Source of the DNA: an uncultured delta proteobacterium
GTDB lineage: Bacteria; Myxococcota; Myxococcia; Myxococcales; Myxococcaceae
Assembly (NCBI GenBank): GCA_963713045.1
Contig: CAVQKE010000006.1
Span: 320,001-384,000 of the forward strand
DNA: 64,000 nucleotides
Direction: 5' to 3'
Below are positions 1 to 9,602 of this stretch, piece by piece. Position 1 is the stretch's first letter, and every line of letters begins with the position of its first letter. A program made the position numbers and the translations under genes. Under the pieces are notes generated by a model. That model had not been told where the DNA came from and did not search any database. It saw only the letters and a program-made list of their open reading frames with translations.

Positions 1-1
1 G

Positions 2-1243
2 CTGGGCGGCGTGGACGTCCTGGTGCGCCGGTGGCCGGGCGCGGAGTTGGTGACGACGACGCTGGCCATGCGCGGCGGCGTCCAAAATGTGGACGCGCGC
101 ACCCAAGGGGTGGAGTTGCTGGGGCTGCGCACCGCCGCCTCCGGCGGGACGGAGTCGATGGACAAGGCGGCCTTTTCCAAGCGGCTGTCCAAGCTGGGCT
201 GCACGCTGGAGGCGACTGCCGAGCCGGACTATTCGGCGCTGGTGGCCAAGTCCCTGCGCGCGGACTTTGAGGCCACCCTGGCGCTGCTGTTGGACGTGTT
301 TCTTCACCCGCGACTTGCGGCCAGCGAGGTGGACCTGCAGCGCGAGCGGCTACTGCTGGAATTGCGCAGCGAACAGGAAAACCCGGACGACGCGCTGCAG
401 GCCTTAAGCGAGGAACTTCTCTTCACCGGGACGGCCTACGCCAACCGTCCCCAGGGGACAGCGCTCAGCGTGCAGGCCCTGTCGGTGGAGGAGGTGCGCA
501 GCCACCTGGCCGCCCTTCGGGCGCAAAACCGGCTGGTGGTGGTGGTGGTGGGCGACGTCCAAGTGGAGGAAGTGTTGGCGCGCCTTCGCCCGGCCCTGGC
601 CCTGCTGCCGCCGGGGGACGCACTTCCGCCGCCGCCTGGGCTGGTGCACTTCAACGCGCCGCGCCTACGCGAGCAGCAGCGGGCCCTTCCCACCACCTAC
701 CTGCAGGCCGGCTTCGCCGGGCCCAGTTGGCGCTCGCCGGACTTTGCCACCGCGCGGCTGGCCACCGCGGTGCTTTCCTCGCGCGCCTTTCTGGAAGTGC
801 GCAGCCGCTACAACCTCAGCTACGCCCCGGACGTGCGTCTTTCCACCAACCGCTTCCAGTCCTTTGGCGGGCTGTACGTCAGTGCGGTGGATGCCCAACA
901 GGCCCTGGGGGTGATGCAGGCGGTGGTGCGCCAACTGGGCGAGGTGCCCCTGTCCGAAGCGGAGTTGGCCGGCTACCGGGCCGCCTTCCTGGTGGACTTT
1001 TACTTGGGCGAGGAGACGACGGACGGGGCGGCCCACCGGCTATTGCAGGCCCACCTTCTCGGCGCTGACTTTCGCTTGGCGCGGACGCTGCCGGAGCGCA
1101 CCCGGGCCACCACCGCGGCGGACGTCCAAACCTTCGTCCGCCAGTACTTGCGCAACTACCAGGTGGCGGTGGTGGGCCCAGGGCACGTCCACCTTGCCAA
1201 CAAGCCCGCGGGGCACCGGGCGGACAGGCGCAGCGCCTTGTAG
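2..1243 (+). CDS. M16 (pitrilysin/insulinase) family protein, probably non-catalytic subunit; 5' end runs off the window
   Basis: M16-like N and C halves (LLDVFLHPRL; RAFLEVRSRYNLSY matches the R/Y pair motif). No HxxEH in the visible part. Frame is open upstream of the GTG at 11. Confidence 0.8.
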   Translation: MGGVDVLVRRWPGAELVTTTLAMRGGVQNVDARTQGVELLGLRTAASGGTESMDKAAFSKRLSKLGCTLEATAEPDYSALVAKSLRADFEATLALLLDVFLHPRLAASEVDLQRERLLLELRSEQENPDDALQALSEELLFTGTAYANRPQGTALSVQALSVEEVRSHLAALRAQNRLVVVVVGDVQVEEVLARLRPALALLPPGDALPPPPGLVHFNAPRLREQQRALPTTYLQAGFAGPSWRSPDFATARLATAVLSSRAFLEVRSRYNLSYAPDVRLSTNRFQSFGGLYVSAVDAQQALGVMQAVVRQLGEVPLSEAELAGYRAAFLVDFYLGEETTDGAAHRLLQAHLLGADFRLARTLPERTRATTAADVQTFVRQYLRNYQVAVVGPGHVHLANKPAGHRADRRSAL

Positions 1244-1256
1244 GGTTGGGCCAGCC

Positions 1257-1922
1257 ATGTCGGACGTGCAGCGTGCCGCGCTGTGGGGGTGCGTCCTTCT
1301 GGGCGGGTTGGCCGCGGCTTATGCCTTGGGCCGGCTGGGCCTTCGCCGGACGCACGTCCGGGACGTGCTGCACGTGGGCGCAGGCGTCTGGCCGTTGGGC
1401 TGGCCCTTCTGGCGCGGCTGGGCGTGGCCGGTGGCCATTCCCTGCGCGGCGCTGTTGGGCATGCTGGCGCTGCCGTGGCTTGCGCGGCAGAAGCCATGGG
1501 CGAAACGCGCCGTGGACGCCGTGTCTTCCGTCGAAGAACGCTGGAGTGGCCTCGTCCTGTACACCGCCTCGGTGGCGGTGTTGACGCCGGTGGGCCTTCT
1601 CGGCCGGCCCTTCCCCGCGGCCGCCGCGCTGTTGGCGCTGGCCCTGGGGGACGGGGTGGGCGGTGCGCTGGGGCTGGCCTTCGGCCGTCACCGTTTCCGG
1701 GTGCCGGGCGGCAAATACAAAAGCCTGGAAGGCGCCCTGGCGGTGGCCGTTTTTTCAAGCTTGGGCGTCCTGGTGGCAAGGGCGTGGTTTTCAGCGCCTT
1801 TGGGCTTGCCCGCCGCGGCGCTGGCCGGCCTCATCGCTGCCGCGGCCGAGGCGGCCTCTCCGCGGGCCACGGACAACGTCGTCGTGCCGGCCTGCGTTTG
1901 GGCCTTCCTCGCCGCGGGGTAA
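1257..1922 (+). CDS. CTP-dependent polyprenol/phytol/dolichol kinase-like membrane protein
   Basis: Multiple TM segments with RDVLH, GDGVG..LG..FGR, KSLEG and DN motifs typical of the family. ATG at 1257 follows the upstream stop at 1243. Confidence 0.75.
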   Translation: MSDVQRAALWGCVLLGGLAAAYALGRLGLRRTHVRDVLHVGAGVWPLGWPFWRGWAWPVAIPCAALLGMLALPWLARQKPWAKRAVDAVSSVEERWSGLVLYTASVAVLTPVGLLGRPFPAAAALLALALGDGVGGALGLAFGRHRFRVPGGKYKSLEGALAVAVFSSLGVLVARAWFSAPLGLPAAALAGLIAAAAEAASPRATDNVVVPACVWAFLAAG

Positions 1923-1960
1923 CCCCCGGCAGCTTCGCGCCGTCGCCGGCGGCCAAGCCG

Positions 1961-2548
1961 TCAGTCGGCTTTTTGCGTCGGGGGCGGGCGTGGGAGGCCC
2001 ACCGAAAACAGGGCGGAACCCGCCGCCAACAGGCCGGCCAGCCCAAAGACGAGGCCCAGGCCAAGCAGCCAGCGCCTTTGGGTGAGGGCCGTCAGGCCAA
2101 AAAGTGCCAAGGACAGGGAGAAGGCGGCCTCGCCCATTCCAAAGCGGGTGGCCCGCGCCTGCAGCTGCGCCCGTCGCGCCTCCAGGGCTTCGGCCTTGTC
2201 CTGAATGGCGGACTTTTCCTTTTCATAGCGGGCGACTTCCGCCCGGTAGTGGTCCAGCCGCGGCTTCAGCACGCCAGCGCTTTGCGGGGCGAGGTCGCCT
2301 TGGGCCTCCAACAGGGCGAGGGAGGTTTCGGCCAGGTGCTGCTTGGTGCTTTTCGCCTGGAAGTAGGCCCAGGTGTTGTTCACCTCGCTGGCCGTCAAAT
2401 TCATCTCCTGCACCCCCTCGCCGCCGGCAATGTTGGCCAGCGCCAGGATGGTGGCGGTGACGGCCACCGCCACGCCCACCCGGCTGTTGAGGCTGTGCCC
2501 GTACCCGTGCTCGGCCGCTTCTTGGATGCTCTCCACCAGCTCTCCCAT
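1961..2548 (-). CDS. DUF4337-like membrane protein
   Basis: N-terminal TM helix, NTWAYFQAKSTKQHL motif, coiled coil and two C-terminal TM helices. Confidence 0.7.
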   Translation of the reverse strand: MGELVESIQEAAEHGYGHSLNSRVGVAVAVTATILALANIAGGEGVQEMNLTASEVNNTWAYFQAKSTKQHLAETSLALLEAQGDLAPQSAGVLKPRLDHYRAEVARYEKEKSAIQDKAEALEARRAQLQARATRFGMGEAAFSLSLALFGLTALTQRRWLLGLGLVFGLAGLLAAGSALFSVGLPRPPPTQKAD

Positions 2549-2574
2549 GTCGGCCTTTCTTCCCCGGGGGGCCG

Positions 2575-4137
2575 TTACAGCGGAATGTTGCCGTGCTTGC
2601 GCGGCAGGTTCTCCTGGCGCTTGTCCTTCAACATGCTGAGGGCGCGAATCAGCTTCTCCCGGGTTTGTTCCGGACGGATGACTTCGTCGATGTAGCCGAG
2701 CTCCGCTGCCTTGTAGGGGTTGGCGAATTTCTCCCGGTAATCGGCCACCAGCCGCGCGCGCTCGGCGTCGGGGTCCGGGGCGCGCTGCAATTCATTTCGA
2801 AACACAATGTTGACGGCGCCTTCCGGCCCCATGACGGCAATTTCGGCCGTCGGGTAGGCGTAGTTGATGTCGGCGCGAATGTGCTTGCTGGCCATGACGT
2901 CGTAGGCGCCCCCATACGCCTTGCGGGTGATGACGGTGACTTTGGGAACGGTGGCCTCGGCGAAGGCGTACAGCAGCTTGGCGCCGTGGGTGATGATGCC
3001 GCCCCACTCCTGGGCCGTCCCCGGAAGAAAGCCCGGCACGTCGACGAAGGTGACCAGGGGAATGTTGAAGCAGTCGCAGAAGCGGACGAAGCGGGCCGCC
3101 TTCACCGAAGCCGAAATGTCCAAGACGCCGGCCAGGAAGGCCGGCTGGTTGGCCACCACCCCCACGCTGCGGCCGTTGAGGCGGGCGAAGCCGACCACAA
3201 TGTTTTTGGCAAAGTGCTCCTGGACTTCGAAGAAGTGCCGGTGGTCGACCACCGCCCGCACAATCTCCTTCATGTCATAGGGCTTGTTGGGGTTGGCCGG
3301 GACGACGTCCCGCAGCGCGGCGTCGCTGCGGAAGGCGTCGTCGTCGCACGGGACCACCGGTGGGTCCTCGGCGTTGTTGGAAGGCAAGTAGCCCAACAGC
3401 TCGCGGGTCAGCAGCACCGCCGCCTGTTCATTCTCTGCGGCAAAGTGGGCCACCCCGGACTTTTGGTTGTGGGCCAGTGCCCCGCCCAAGTCCTCCTTGG
3501 TGACTTCTTCGTGGGTCACCGTCCGGATGACTTCCGGCCCGGTAATGAACATGTAGCTGGTGTCCTTCACCATCAGGATGAAGTCGGTGATGGCCGGCGA
3601 ATACACCGCGCCGCCGGCGCAGGGGCCGAGGATGAGGGACAGCTGCGGCACCACGCCGCTGGCCAGGGTGTTGCGCAGAAAAATGTCGGCGTAGCCGGCC
3701 AGGCTTTCCACGCCTTCCTGAATTCTGGCGCCGCCCGAGTCGTTGAGGCCCACAATGGGCGCGCCCACCCGGGTGGCGAGGTCCATCACCTTGCAGATTT
3801 TTTGGGCGTAGGCCCCGGACAGCGAACCGCCGAAGACGGTGAAGTCCTGGGCGAAGACGAAGACTTGGCGCCCGTCCACCTGCCCGTAGCCAGTCACCAC
3901 GCCGTCGCCGGGAATTTTGCGCTCGCCCATGCCGAAGTCACTGCTTCGGTGGGTGACGAATTTGTCCAATTCGACAAAGGTGCCGCCGTCGAGGAGGAGG
4001 TCCAGCCGCTCGCGCGCCGTCAGCTTGCCGGCCTCATGCTGCTTGGCGATGCGCTCGGCGCCGCCGCCGAGGTCCGCCTGGCGTTCCAGCGCTTCAAGCC
4101 GGCTGCGCAAGCCATCGCCGTCGGAAGGTGCGTCCAT
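2575..4137 (-). CDS. pccB: Acyl-CoA (propionyl-CoA) carboxylase beta subunit
   Basis: [45 protein letters not shown] and C-terminal KHGNIPL. Confidence 0.92.
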   Translation of the reverse strand: MDAPSDGDGLRSRLEALERQADLGGGAERIAKQHEAGKLTARERLDLLLDGGTFVELDKFVTHRSSDFGMGERKIPGDGVVTGYGQVDGRQVFVFAQDFTVFGGSLSGAYAQKICKVMDLATRVGAPIVGLNDSGGARIQEGVESLAGYADIFLRNTLASGVVPQLSLILGPCAGGAVYSPAITDFILMVKDTSYMFITGPEVIRTVTHEEVTKEDLGGALAHNQKSGVAHFAAENEQAAVLLTRELLGYLPSNNAEDPPVVPCDDDAFRSDAALRDVVPANPNKPYDMKEIVRAVVDHRHFFEVQEHFAKNIVVGFARLNGRSVGVVANQPAFLAGVLDISASVKAARFVRFCDCFNIPLVTFVDVPGFLPGTAQEWGGIITHGAKLLYAFAEATVPKVTVITRKAYGGAYDVMASKHIRADINYAYPTAEIAVMGPEGAVNIVFRNELQRAPDPDAERARLVADYREKFANPYKAAELGYIDEVIRPEQTREKLIRALSMLKDKRQENLPRKHGNIPL

Positions 4138-4387
4138 GGGCCTCCCTTTGGTGCTGCCGCAGGGCAAATGTGTCTAGCAGAGTTCGCCCCTTCCGGAAGC
4201 GCGCGGCAAGGGCGCTGGGGCCCGTGGTGGGGTGACGGCCAAGGCCCCCCTTTTGGGGCCCCTTGCCCAAACCCCGTGCTTCCAGGGTGCCCGCTTGGCC
4301 GGGGCTGTGCGAGAGTTGCGGCGTGCGGTTGGGGGGCGTGCCCAGGCCGGGGCCGCCCCAGGTGGCTTCAAGCGTGAAGGTGCCGAC

Positions 4388-5017
4388 GTGAGATGTCGCG
4401 TGGCAGTGGCCACGGCCGTGCTGCTGTGGTGCGCGCCGGCCGGGGCGCAGGTGCAAGCGGCCCTGTCGGACCCCGACGTCCTGGCCGCCGGCGCGACGCC
4501 GGCCGCCACTGCCGCCGCCGCAACGCCGCAGTTCAGCGCGCCGCTGCGGATTGGCCTGGAAGCTGGGGCGGGGCTGGTGGGCGGTGCGGCGGTGGGCATC
4601 TTCAGCGAATGGGCCTTCAGCGGACTGCTTGCCACGCAAAACAGCACGCCCCAGACGCAGCACTTCACGTCGCTCTTCGGTGCGCCCTTGGGGGTGGCGG
4701 TGGGCGCGCCGCTGGCGGTGACACTGACTGGCTACACCATTGGGGAACAGGGAAGCTTCCTCATCAGCTGGCTGTCCAGCATGGCCGGCCTGGCGGTGGG
4801 CGGCAGCGTCTACCTGGCGGCCACCGCCAACAGCGACTCCACGGCGGCCAAGGGCAGCTATGGCCTGGCGCTGCTTCTTCCGGTGGTGGGCGCGGTGCTG
4901 GGCTATGAATTGTCCGCCCGGGCGGCGGACGTTCCCCTTCCCCAGGGCCCCGCTGTCGTGCCGTCGGCCTTTCTCTCCGCCGGCGGCGGCGGCGCCGCAG
5001 TGGCCGGGCGGTTTTAG
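4388..5017 (+). CDS. Hypothetical exported/membrane protein (Gly-rich hydrophobic helices, C-terminal GRF)
   Basis: Signal-peptide-like N-terminus (AGA-Q), several Gly/Ala-rich hydrophobic helices and a terminal Phe. Start GTG is uncertain. Confidence 0.6.
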   Translation: MRCRVAVATAVLLWCAPAGAQVQAALSDPDVLAAGATPAATAAAATPQFSAPLRIGLEAGAGLVGGAAVGIFSEWAFSGLLATQNSTPQTQHFTSLFGAPLGVAVGAPLAVTLTGYTIGEQGSFLISWLSSMAGLAVGGSVYLAATANSDSTAAKGSYGLALLLPVVGAVLGYELSARAADVPLPQGPAVVPSAFLSAGGGGAAVAGRF

Positions 5018-5083
5018 CAAGCGCCCTGCGGGCTGTTACTTCGGCGGGACGACGCCCGCGGCGGGCCAGGGTGGTGTCCGCCA

Positions 5084-5259
5084 GCCGCTTCCGGTTCATC
5101 TCGAAGGATTGGACCGGCGTAGGAATGAAGGGTGAAGCTGCGGGTCCCCGGGATGGTGGCGAAGGCGTTGAAACTTAACTTTCCTTCGGCGTCATAGCCC
5201 CGGGGCCTTCGAGGACTTTCCCGCCGTTGCCAAAAGGTTTGGAGGCCGGGGCAAGCGGC
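5084..5259 (+). ncRNA. Candidate structured non-coding element: 176-nt imperfect rod-like hairpin
   Basis: Nested complementary segments around one centre (~5173), between convergent genes. G-U pairs favour the + strand. Confidence 0.35.
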
Positions 5260-5279
5260 CGTCGGAAAAGGGGGGAACG

Positions 5280-7514
5280 TCAGTTGAGGGCGCGCAGCCG
5301 CGGGTCTGGCAAGGCCAACTCCCAGCGCTGCGCGGCTGCTTCGCGCTGCTTCTCCTCTGCGTCCGGCCAATAGCCCAGCGTCTCTCCCAAGGCGGCCGTC
5401 AACTCTTCGGCTGCCGCCCGCCGGACGGCCACTTCCGGGTGGCGCAGCGCGGCCAACAGCCACTGGCTTCTGGAACGGCGCCGGTTTTCCGCCCACCACG
5501 CCACCCAGGCCCGCTTGGTTTTGCCGAAGGAGGCGCGGGTAATTTCAAACAGCGCCTCGGCGGCGGCGGTGCCGCACAGCAGGTCGTCGCTTCCTGTCAG
5601 GCCAATCAGGCCTTCCACTGCCTGGCGGTCCCGCAGCGCCCCCAGGGCGCGCGCCGCCAGAATCCGCCGCATCGGGTCTCTGGACGCCAACTCCTGGCGC
5701 AGCGACGGCATCGCGGCCTCGAAGCGTGGCAGTCGCCGCAGGGCCCGGGCGGCCATCCGCGCCGCCGAAGACAACTCCGGCACCAAGTCAAACAACCCGC
5801 GCAACAGGCCCGGGACCAGTTCCGGGAAGGGAAGGCTTCCGGCCGTCAACAGCGCGAAGTAGCGCGTCTGCGGGGAAGGCGCGTCCAACAGCGGCGCCAG
5901 CGCGCCGGCGCCCGGGCGGCCGAGGCGCACCAGGGCGGCGGGAATGGGGCCCAATTCATCGGCCACCGGCAACTCCTCCACCAGAAGGCGACTCCACGCC
6001 GTCGGCCCGGGGAAGGCCTGGGCCAGCACCCGGGCGGAGGCCTCCGGCGTGCGGGCCAACTCCGCCATGGCGCGGGCGCGCTGCGTCGCTTCGTTTCCCA
6101 CCAGCCGTGCCAGCACCGGCTGGAAGTCCGGCGGGGGCCGGGCCCCTTCGGGCTGCCCGGGCCCGGGCCGGGTGGTGGCGCGCCCCAGACTGTCGGGCGA
6201 GGCCTGCACCCCGGGCGCCCAGTCCAAGCTGGGCGGTGCAGGGGGGGCTGCCGGCGCCGCCTGGACGGTGCCTTGGGTGGAAGGGCGCGCCGGGGCGGCC
6301 AGCTGACGGCGCAGCACCAGCAATTCCGAAAAGGCCCCGGACAATTCCTGGCAGAAGAGGCGAAACTCCGCCAGCCGGCGCTGGCTGACGGGCTTGCCGG
6401 ACCGGTCCCCGTACACCATGGCCACCAGCCGGCCGCGCACTTCCACCGGGTGGAGGAAGACGGTGCGGGGGGCGCGCCGCAGCTGCTTCAGGACGTCCCG
6501 GGTGAGGGTGTCCTTGGGGACGGGGCCAGCGTAAGCCGCATGCGCCAGGGCCACGGTGCGGAAAAGGCTGGGGCTGTCCAAGGGGACTTGCAGCTGCTGC
6601 AGCCGGGACTTGTCCGCCCCTTCCCCCAGGGCGTCCCAGCCCACCGCCTGTCCGTGCACCACGGCGAAGGCGGCCAAAAAGTCAAACGTCCGCCGGCCAT
6701 AGCGCAGGGCGACGTCCTTGATGGCGTCGCGCTCGCTGGTGACTGCACGCAGGGCGCTGCGCGCCTCGGCCAGCGTCCAGTCCACCACCGTCTCGCTGGG
6801 GGCCGGCGCCTGCGCGGCTGGGGGGGCAAGCGGAAAGCCCGCCGTGCCCAGCATCGGGTAGTCCCGCTGTGTCTTGGCGCGCGCGGCCGGCGGCTTGGCG
6901 GTGGGGGGCGGGGCCTGGGGCGGCGCCGCCGCTTTGGCGGGCGGCGTGCCCAACACTTCCTTGGCCAGCAGGTCCTCCAAGGTGAGGCCTTCGTCCAGGC
7001 TTCCCTCGGTGATGGGGGGCGGCAGCGGCAAAGGCAGGGGCCGGTTGGGTTCCAACGCCGCCAGCACCGCCGCCTCCCGCGCCGGCAACGGCAGCCCGTA
7101 CAGGGCGGACAGCCAATCTCGCACCCGCGCGGAGACGGCCACCCACGGGACCAGCTTGCGCTGGCGCAGGGCCCCCAGCGCCTGCAACTCCAACTCCGGC
7201 ACCGGGTAAGCCGAGGCCAGGTGCAGCGTCACCCCTTCGGTGGAAATGGGGACCACGTCCAGCCGGTCCGCAATGTCCCCCGGCAACTCCACCGCCAGCG
7301 CGACGTTGGGCTGGTAGTCGCCCAAGTGCAGCGGCTGCACGCCGGACGCTTCGGCCAAGGCCCCCAACAGGGCCGTTTCCGACAGGCCGCCCAATTCCAA
7401 GAAGACGGTGTCCAGCCGCCCGCCGCCCAGCGCATAGTCGCGCAGGGCTTCGTCCACCCTTTCTTCGGACAAAAGCCCGCGGGCGAGCAGGACGTCTTCC
7501 AGGCGCGCCGTCAT
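5280..7514 (-). CDS. MshEN/GspE-N domain protein with Pro-rich linker, GAF-like region and C-terminal HEAT repeats (myxobacterial, FrgA-like)
   Basis: N-terminal RLEDVLLARGLL..RLDTVFLELG repeat and T2SSE_N-like fold. C-terminal HEAT-like repeats (RRILAARALGAL, VRRAAAEEL). Confidence 0.7.
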   Translation of the reverse strand: MTARLEDVLLARGLLSEERVDEALRDYALGGGRLDTVFLELGGLSETALLGALAEASGVQPLHLGDYQPNVALAVELPGDIADRLDVVPISTEGVTLHLASAYPVPELELQALGALRQRKLVPWVAVSARVRDWLSALYGLPLPAREAAVLAALEPNRPLPLPLPPPITEGSLDEGLTLEDLLAKEVLGTPPAKAAAPPQAPPPTAKPPAARAKTQRDYPMLGTAGFPLAPPAAQAPAPSETVVDWTLAEARSALRAVTSERDAIKDVALRYGRRTFDFLAAFAVVHGQAVGWDALGEGADKSRLQQLQVPLDSPSLFRTVALAHAAYAGPVPKDTLTRDVLKQLRRAPRTVFLHPVEVRGRLVAMVYGDRSGKPVSQRRLAEFRLFCQELSGAFSELLVLRRQLAAPARPSTQGTVQAAPAAPPAPPSLDWAPGVQASPDSLGRATTRPGPGQPEGARPPPDFQPVLARLVGNEATQRARAMAELARTPEASARVLAQAFPGPTAWSRLLVEELPVADELGPIPAALVRLGRPGAGALAPLLDAPSPQTRYFALLTAGSLPFPELVPGLLRGLFDLVPELSSAARMAARALRRLPRFEAAMPSLRQELASRDPMRRILAARALGALRDRQAVEGLIGLTGSDDLLCGTAAAEALFEITRASFGKTKRAWVAWWAENRRRSRSQWLLAALRHPEVAVRRAAAEELTAALGETLGYWPDAEEKQREAAAQRWELALPDPRLRALN

Positions 7515-7542
7515 GGACAGGCTTGGGGGCGCCCCCCTCCCC

Positions 7543-9507
7543 TCAACTTGGGCGCACGACGAAGGTGCGCGTCAGCTTGTCATGCAGCGTCTGCCCGCGC
7601 CTGTCGAAGAGGGACAGCCAGAAGCCGGCCAGGCACAGCCCGAAGGACACCACCGCCAGCAGGGCCCGCGCCACAGCCCGTCCCGGCCCTGGGGCCAGGC
7701 CGCGCTTGTCCACCAAGCGGATGCCAAACAGGAAGCGCCCGGGGCTGCGCCCGCCCCACAGAAAGCCGTAGACGGAGGAATAGACGACGGCCAGCAGCAC
7801 CCCCAACACCAGCGCGAAGGGCAAGACGCCCTGCACCGCGTGCAGCCGCGCCACCACCCCGTCCAGCCCCGGCAGTTGTGCCCTGTGCCAAGCGGGCGGA
7901 CGCACCAGGAGGAGGGCCAGCCAGAGGAAGAGGTAGAGGACGCCACCGACAATGGCCGTGTCCGACAGCAGCGCCCCCGCGCGCCGCCACAGGGAGGCCG
8001 GGCGCGCCCGCACGTCCCGGACGGCCGGCGCCTGTGGCCGCACGTCCGGCGGCCGGGGCATGGCCAGCACCGGGGCTTCGGCCACAGCGGGGATGGGCGT
8101 CGGCATTGAAGCCGAAGGGGTGGGGCGTCCAGGCGAAGGCGGCAAGCCCTGGGGGCTGGGGCGAGGGCCCGACGCGGCGGCCACGGCGTCCAGCGGAAGT
8201 GCAGTGTTGGCGGCACGCGCTGGCGCCGGCGGTGCAGGGGCCGGGGCGGCGACGGCCGGGGTGCGTGGGACGGCTGTGGAAACGGGCCGGGGCGGCGCGG
8301 AGGGCGTGGCTTCTGGCGGCGGCCACACTTCCACCAGCGCCGCGGGGACGGCCACGGACGGTGGCGACGCGATGGCTGGGCCCGCGCCCGTCGGCACCGG
8401 CACGCGCGGTGACTGCAGCGGGGACGGCAGAAGCCCGCCCGGCGCTGCCATGGGCGAAAGCGGCGCTGCCGCGGGCGCGCCGCTGTGGGGGCTGGCCGGA
8501 GTGGCTGGCGCGGCGACGGGACGTGACGGGCCAGGCGAGGCGGGCCTGGCGACGGCCGGGGGGCCGGGTGCTGGCAGCGGGGCCTCCGGCACCACGCGGG
8601 GGAATTGCGGGTCCGTGCGTTCCCAGGCCGCTGGCATCTGCCCCGGCAGCCGGCTGGGCGCCTCCTCTTCCAAGGGCAAGGGGACCTCCGGCAACAGGGG
8701 CGTGTGACGGACGGCCTCCTCAGGCGGTGGCAGCCCCACCTGCACCTCGCGGGAGCGCCGCCCGTCCCCGGCGAAGCCGCCGGCGGGCGTCACGCTGCGC
8801 GGGGGAGGCGCGCCGGCGGACGGCGAAGCTGGGGACGTGGGGGCAGCGCCAGTCACCAGCGGCCTCTGGGCGACGGGGGCCAGGGTGGGTGCAGGCGAAG
8901 GGGGGGTGCTTGCCACGGGCTGCGCCGCCGGGGGCCGGGCCAACGGCGGGCGGGAAAGGGGCCCAGCGGCAGGGGACGGGGCGAAGGGCACGGGCGTCCG
9001 CAGCGAAGGCGGGAGGCCCGGGGCGGGTGCCGCCGGGCGCGGGGATGCTGGCGCGGGCGTCGCAAAGGGCCAGGTGTCCGTCGTCCGCCCTGGGGGCGCG
9101 GAGGCGGGGGGCGCGGGCGGCGTGACGGAGAGAATGCCTTCCACGGGACTCCGCTGCCGGGGCATGTCCAAAGGAGGCGTGGCCTCCGGCGGCCAAGCGG
9201 TTTGGGGCGGTGCGGGGACGGTGAAGGACCTCTGGACGGTGGCGCCGGGCAGCACCGGCTTGGGCACTGGCGCCGCGACGGGCCGGGTAAAGCCGGCCGG
9301 GGGCGGCGCAGGCAAGGGGGTGGGCGCCTTGGGCATCGGCGGTCCCAATTCAAAGCTGCCCTGGGCACGCGTCGCCGCCCGTCTGTCCAGCGGCAATTCC
9401 CTGGACAACAGTGCCGGCGGACGCGGGGGCGCCTTGGCCGCAGCGGCGCACGTGGGACAGTCGCCAGTCGCGGGAAGCTCGCCCCCGCACTTCAGACACT
9501 TCAACAC
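7543..9507 (-). CDS. RDD family membrane protein with N-terminal CxxC...CxxC Zn ribbon and a very long Pro/Ala-rich linker
   Basis: CLKC..DCPTC at the N-terminus. C-terminal RDD domain (RRAGALLSD, GRSPG, QTLHDKLTRT). Start is GTG 9507 or TTG 9504. Confidence 0.8.
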   Translation of the reverse strand: MLKCLKCGGELPATGDCPTCAAAAKAPPRPPALLSRELPLDRRAATRAQGSFELGPPMPKAPTPLPAPPPAGFTRPVAAPVPKPVLPGATVQRSFTVPAPPQTAWPPEATPPLDMPRQRSPVEGILSVTPPAPPASAPPGRTTDTWPFATPAPASPRPAAPAPGLPPSLRTPVPFAPSPAAGPLSRPPLARPPAAQPVASTPPSPAPTLAPVAQRPLVTGAAPTSPASPSAGAPPPRSVTPAGGFAGDGRRSREVQVGLPPPEEAVRHTPLLPEVPLPLEEEAPSRLPGQMPAAWERTDPQFPRVVPEAPLPAPGPPAVARPASPGPSRPVAAPATPASPHSGAPAAAPLSPMAAPGGLLPSPLQSPRVPVPTGAGPAIASPPSVAVPAALVEVWPPPEATPSAPPRPVSTAVPRTPAVAAPAPAPPAPARAANTALPLDAVAAASGPRPSPQGLPPSPGRPTPSASMPTPIPAVAEAPVLAMPRPPDVRPQAPAVRDVRARPASLWRRAGALLSDTAIVGGVLYLFLWLALLLVRPPAWHRAQLPGLDGVVARLHAVQGVLPFALVLGVLLAVVYSSVYGFLWGGRSPGRFLFGIRLVDKRGLAPGPGRAVARALLAVVSFGLCLAGFWLSLFDRRGQTLHDKLTRTFVVRPS

Positions 9508-9602
9508 GGCAGGGCATGAAAGGCGGAATGGGGGGCCGACGCAAGAAACTGCAAGGGGGCCGCTTGGCACCGCGGCGTCAACCGCCCAACGCTTGCGCGG
9601 TG

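Noticed and set aside
5439..9125. 1228-aa + strand ORF and other long antisense or alternative-frame ORFs (e.g. 2593-4377, 24462-27257, 39358-41619)
   Set aside because: Shadow ORFs of real genes in high-GC DNA; Arg/Gly/Pro-rich with no motifs.
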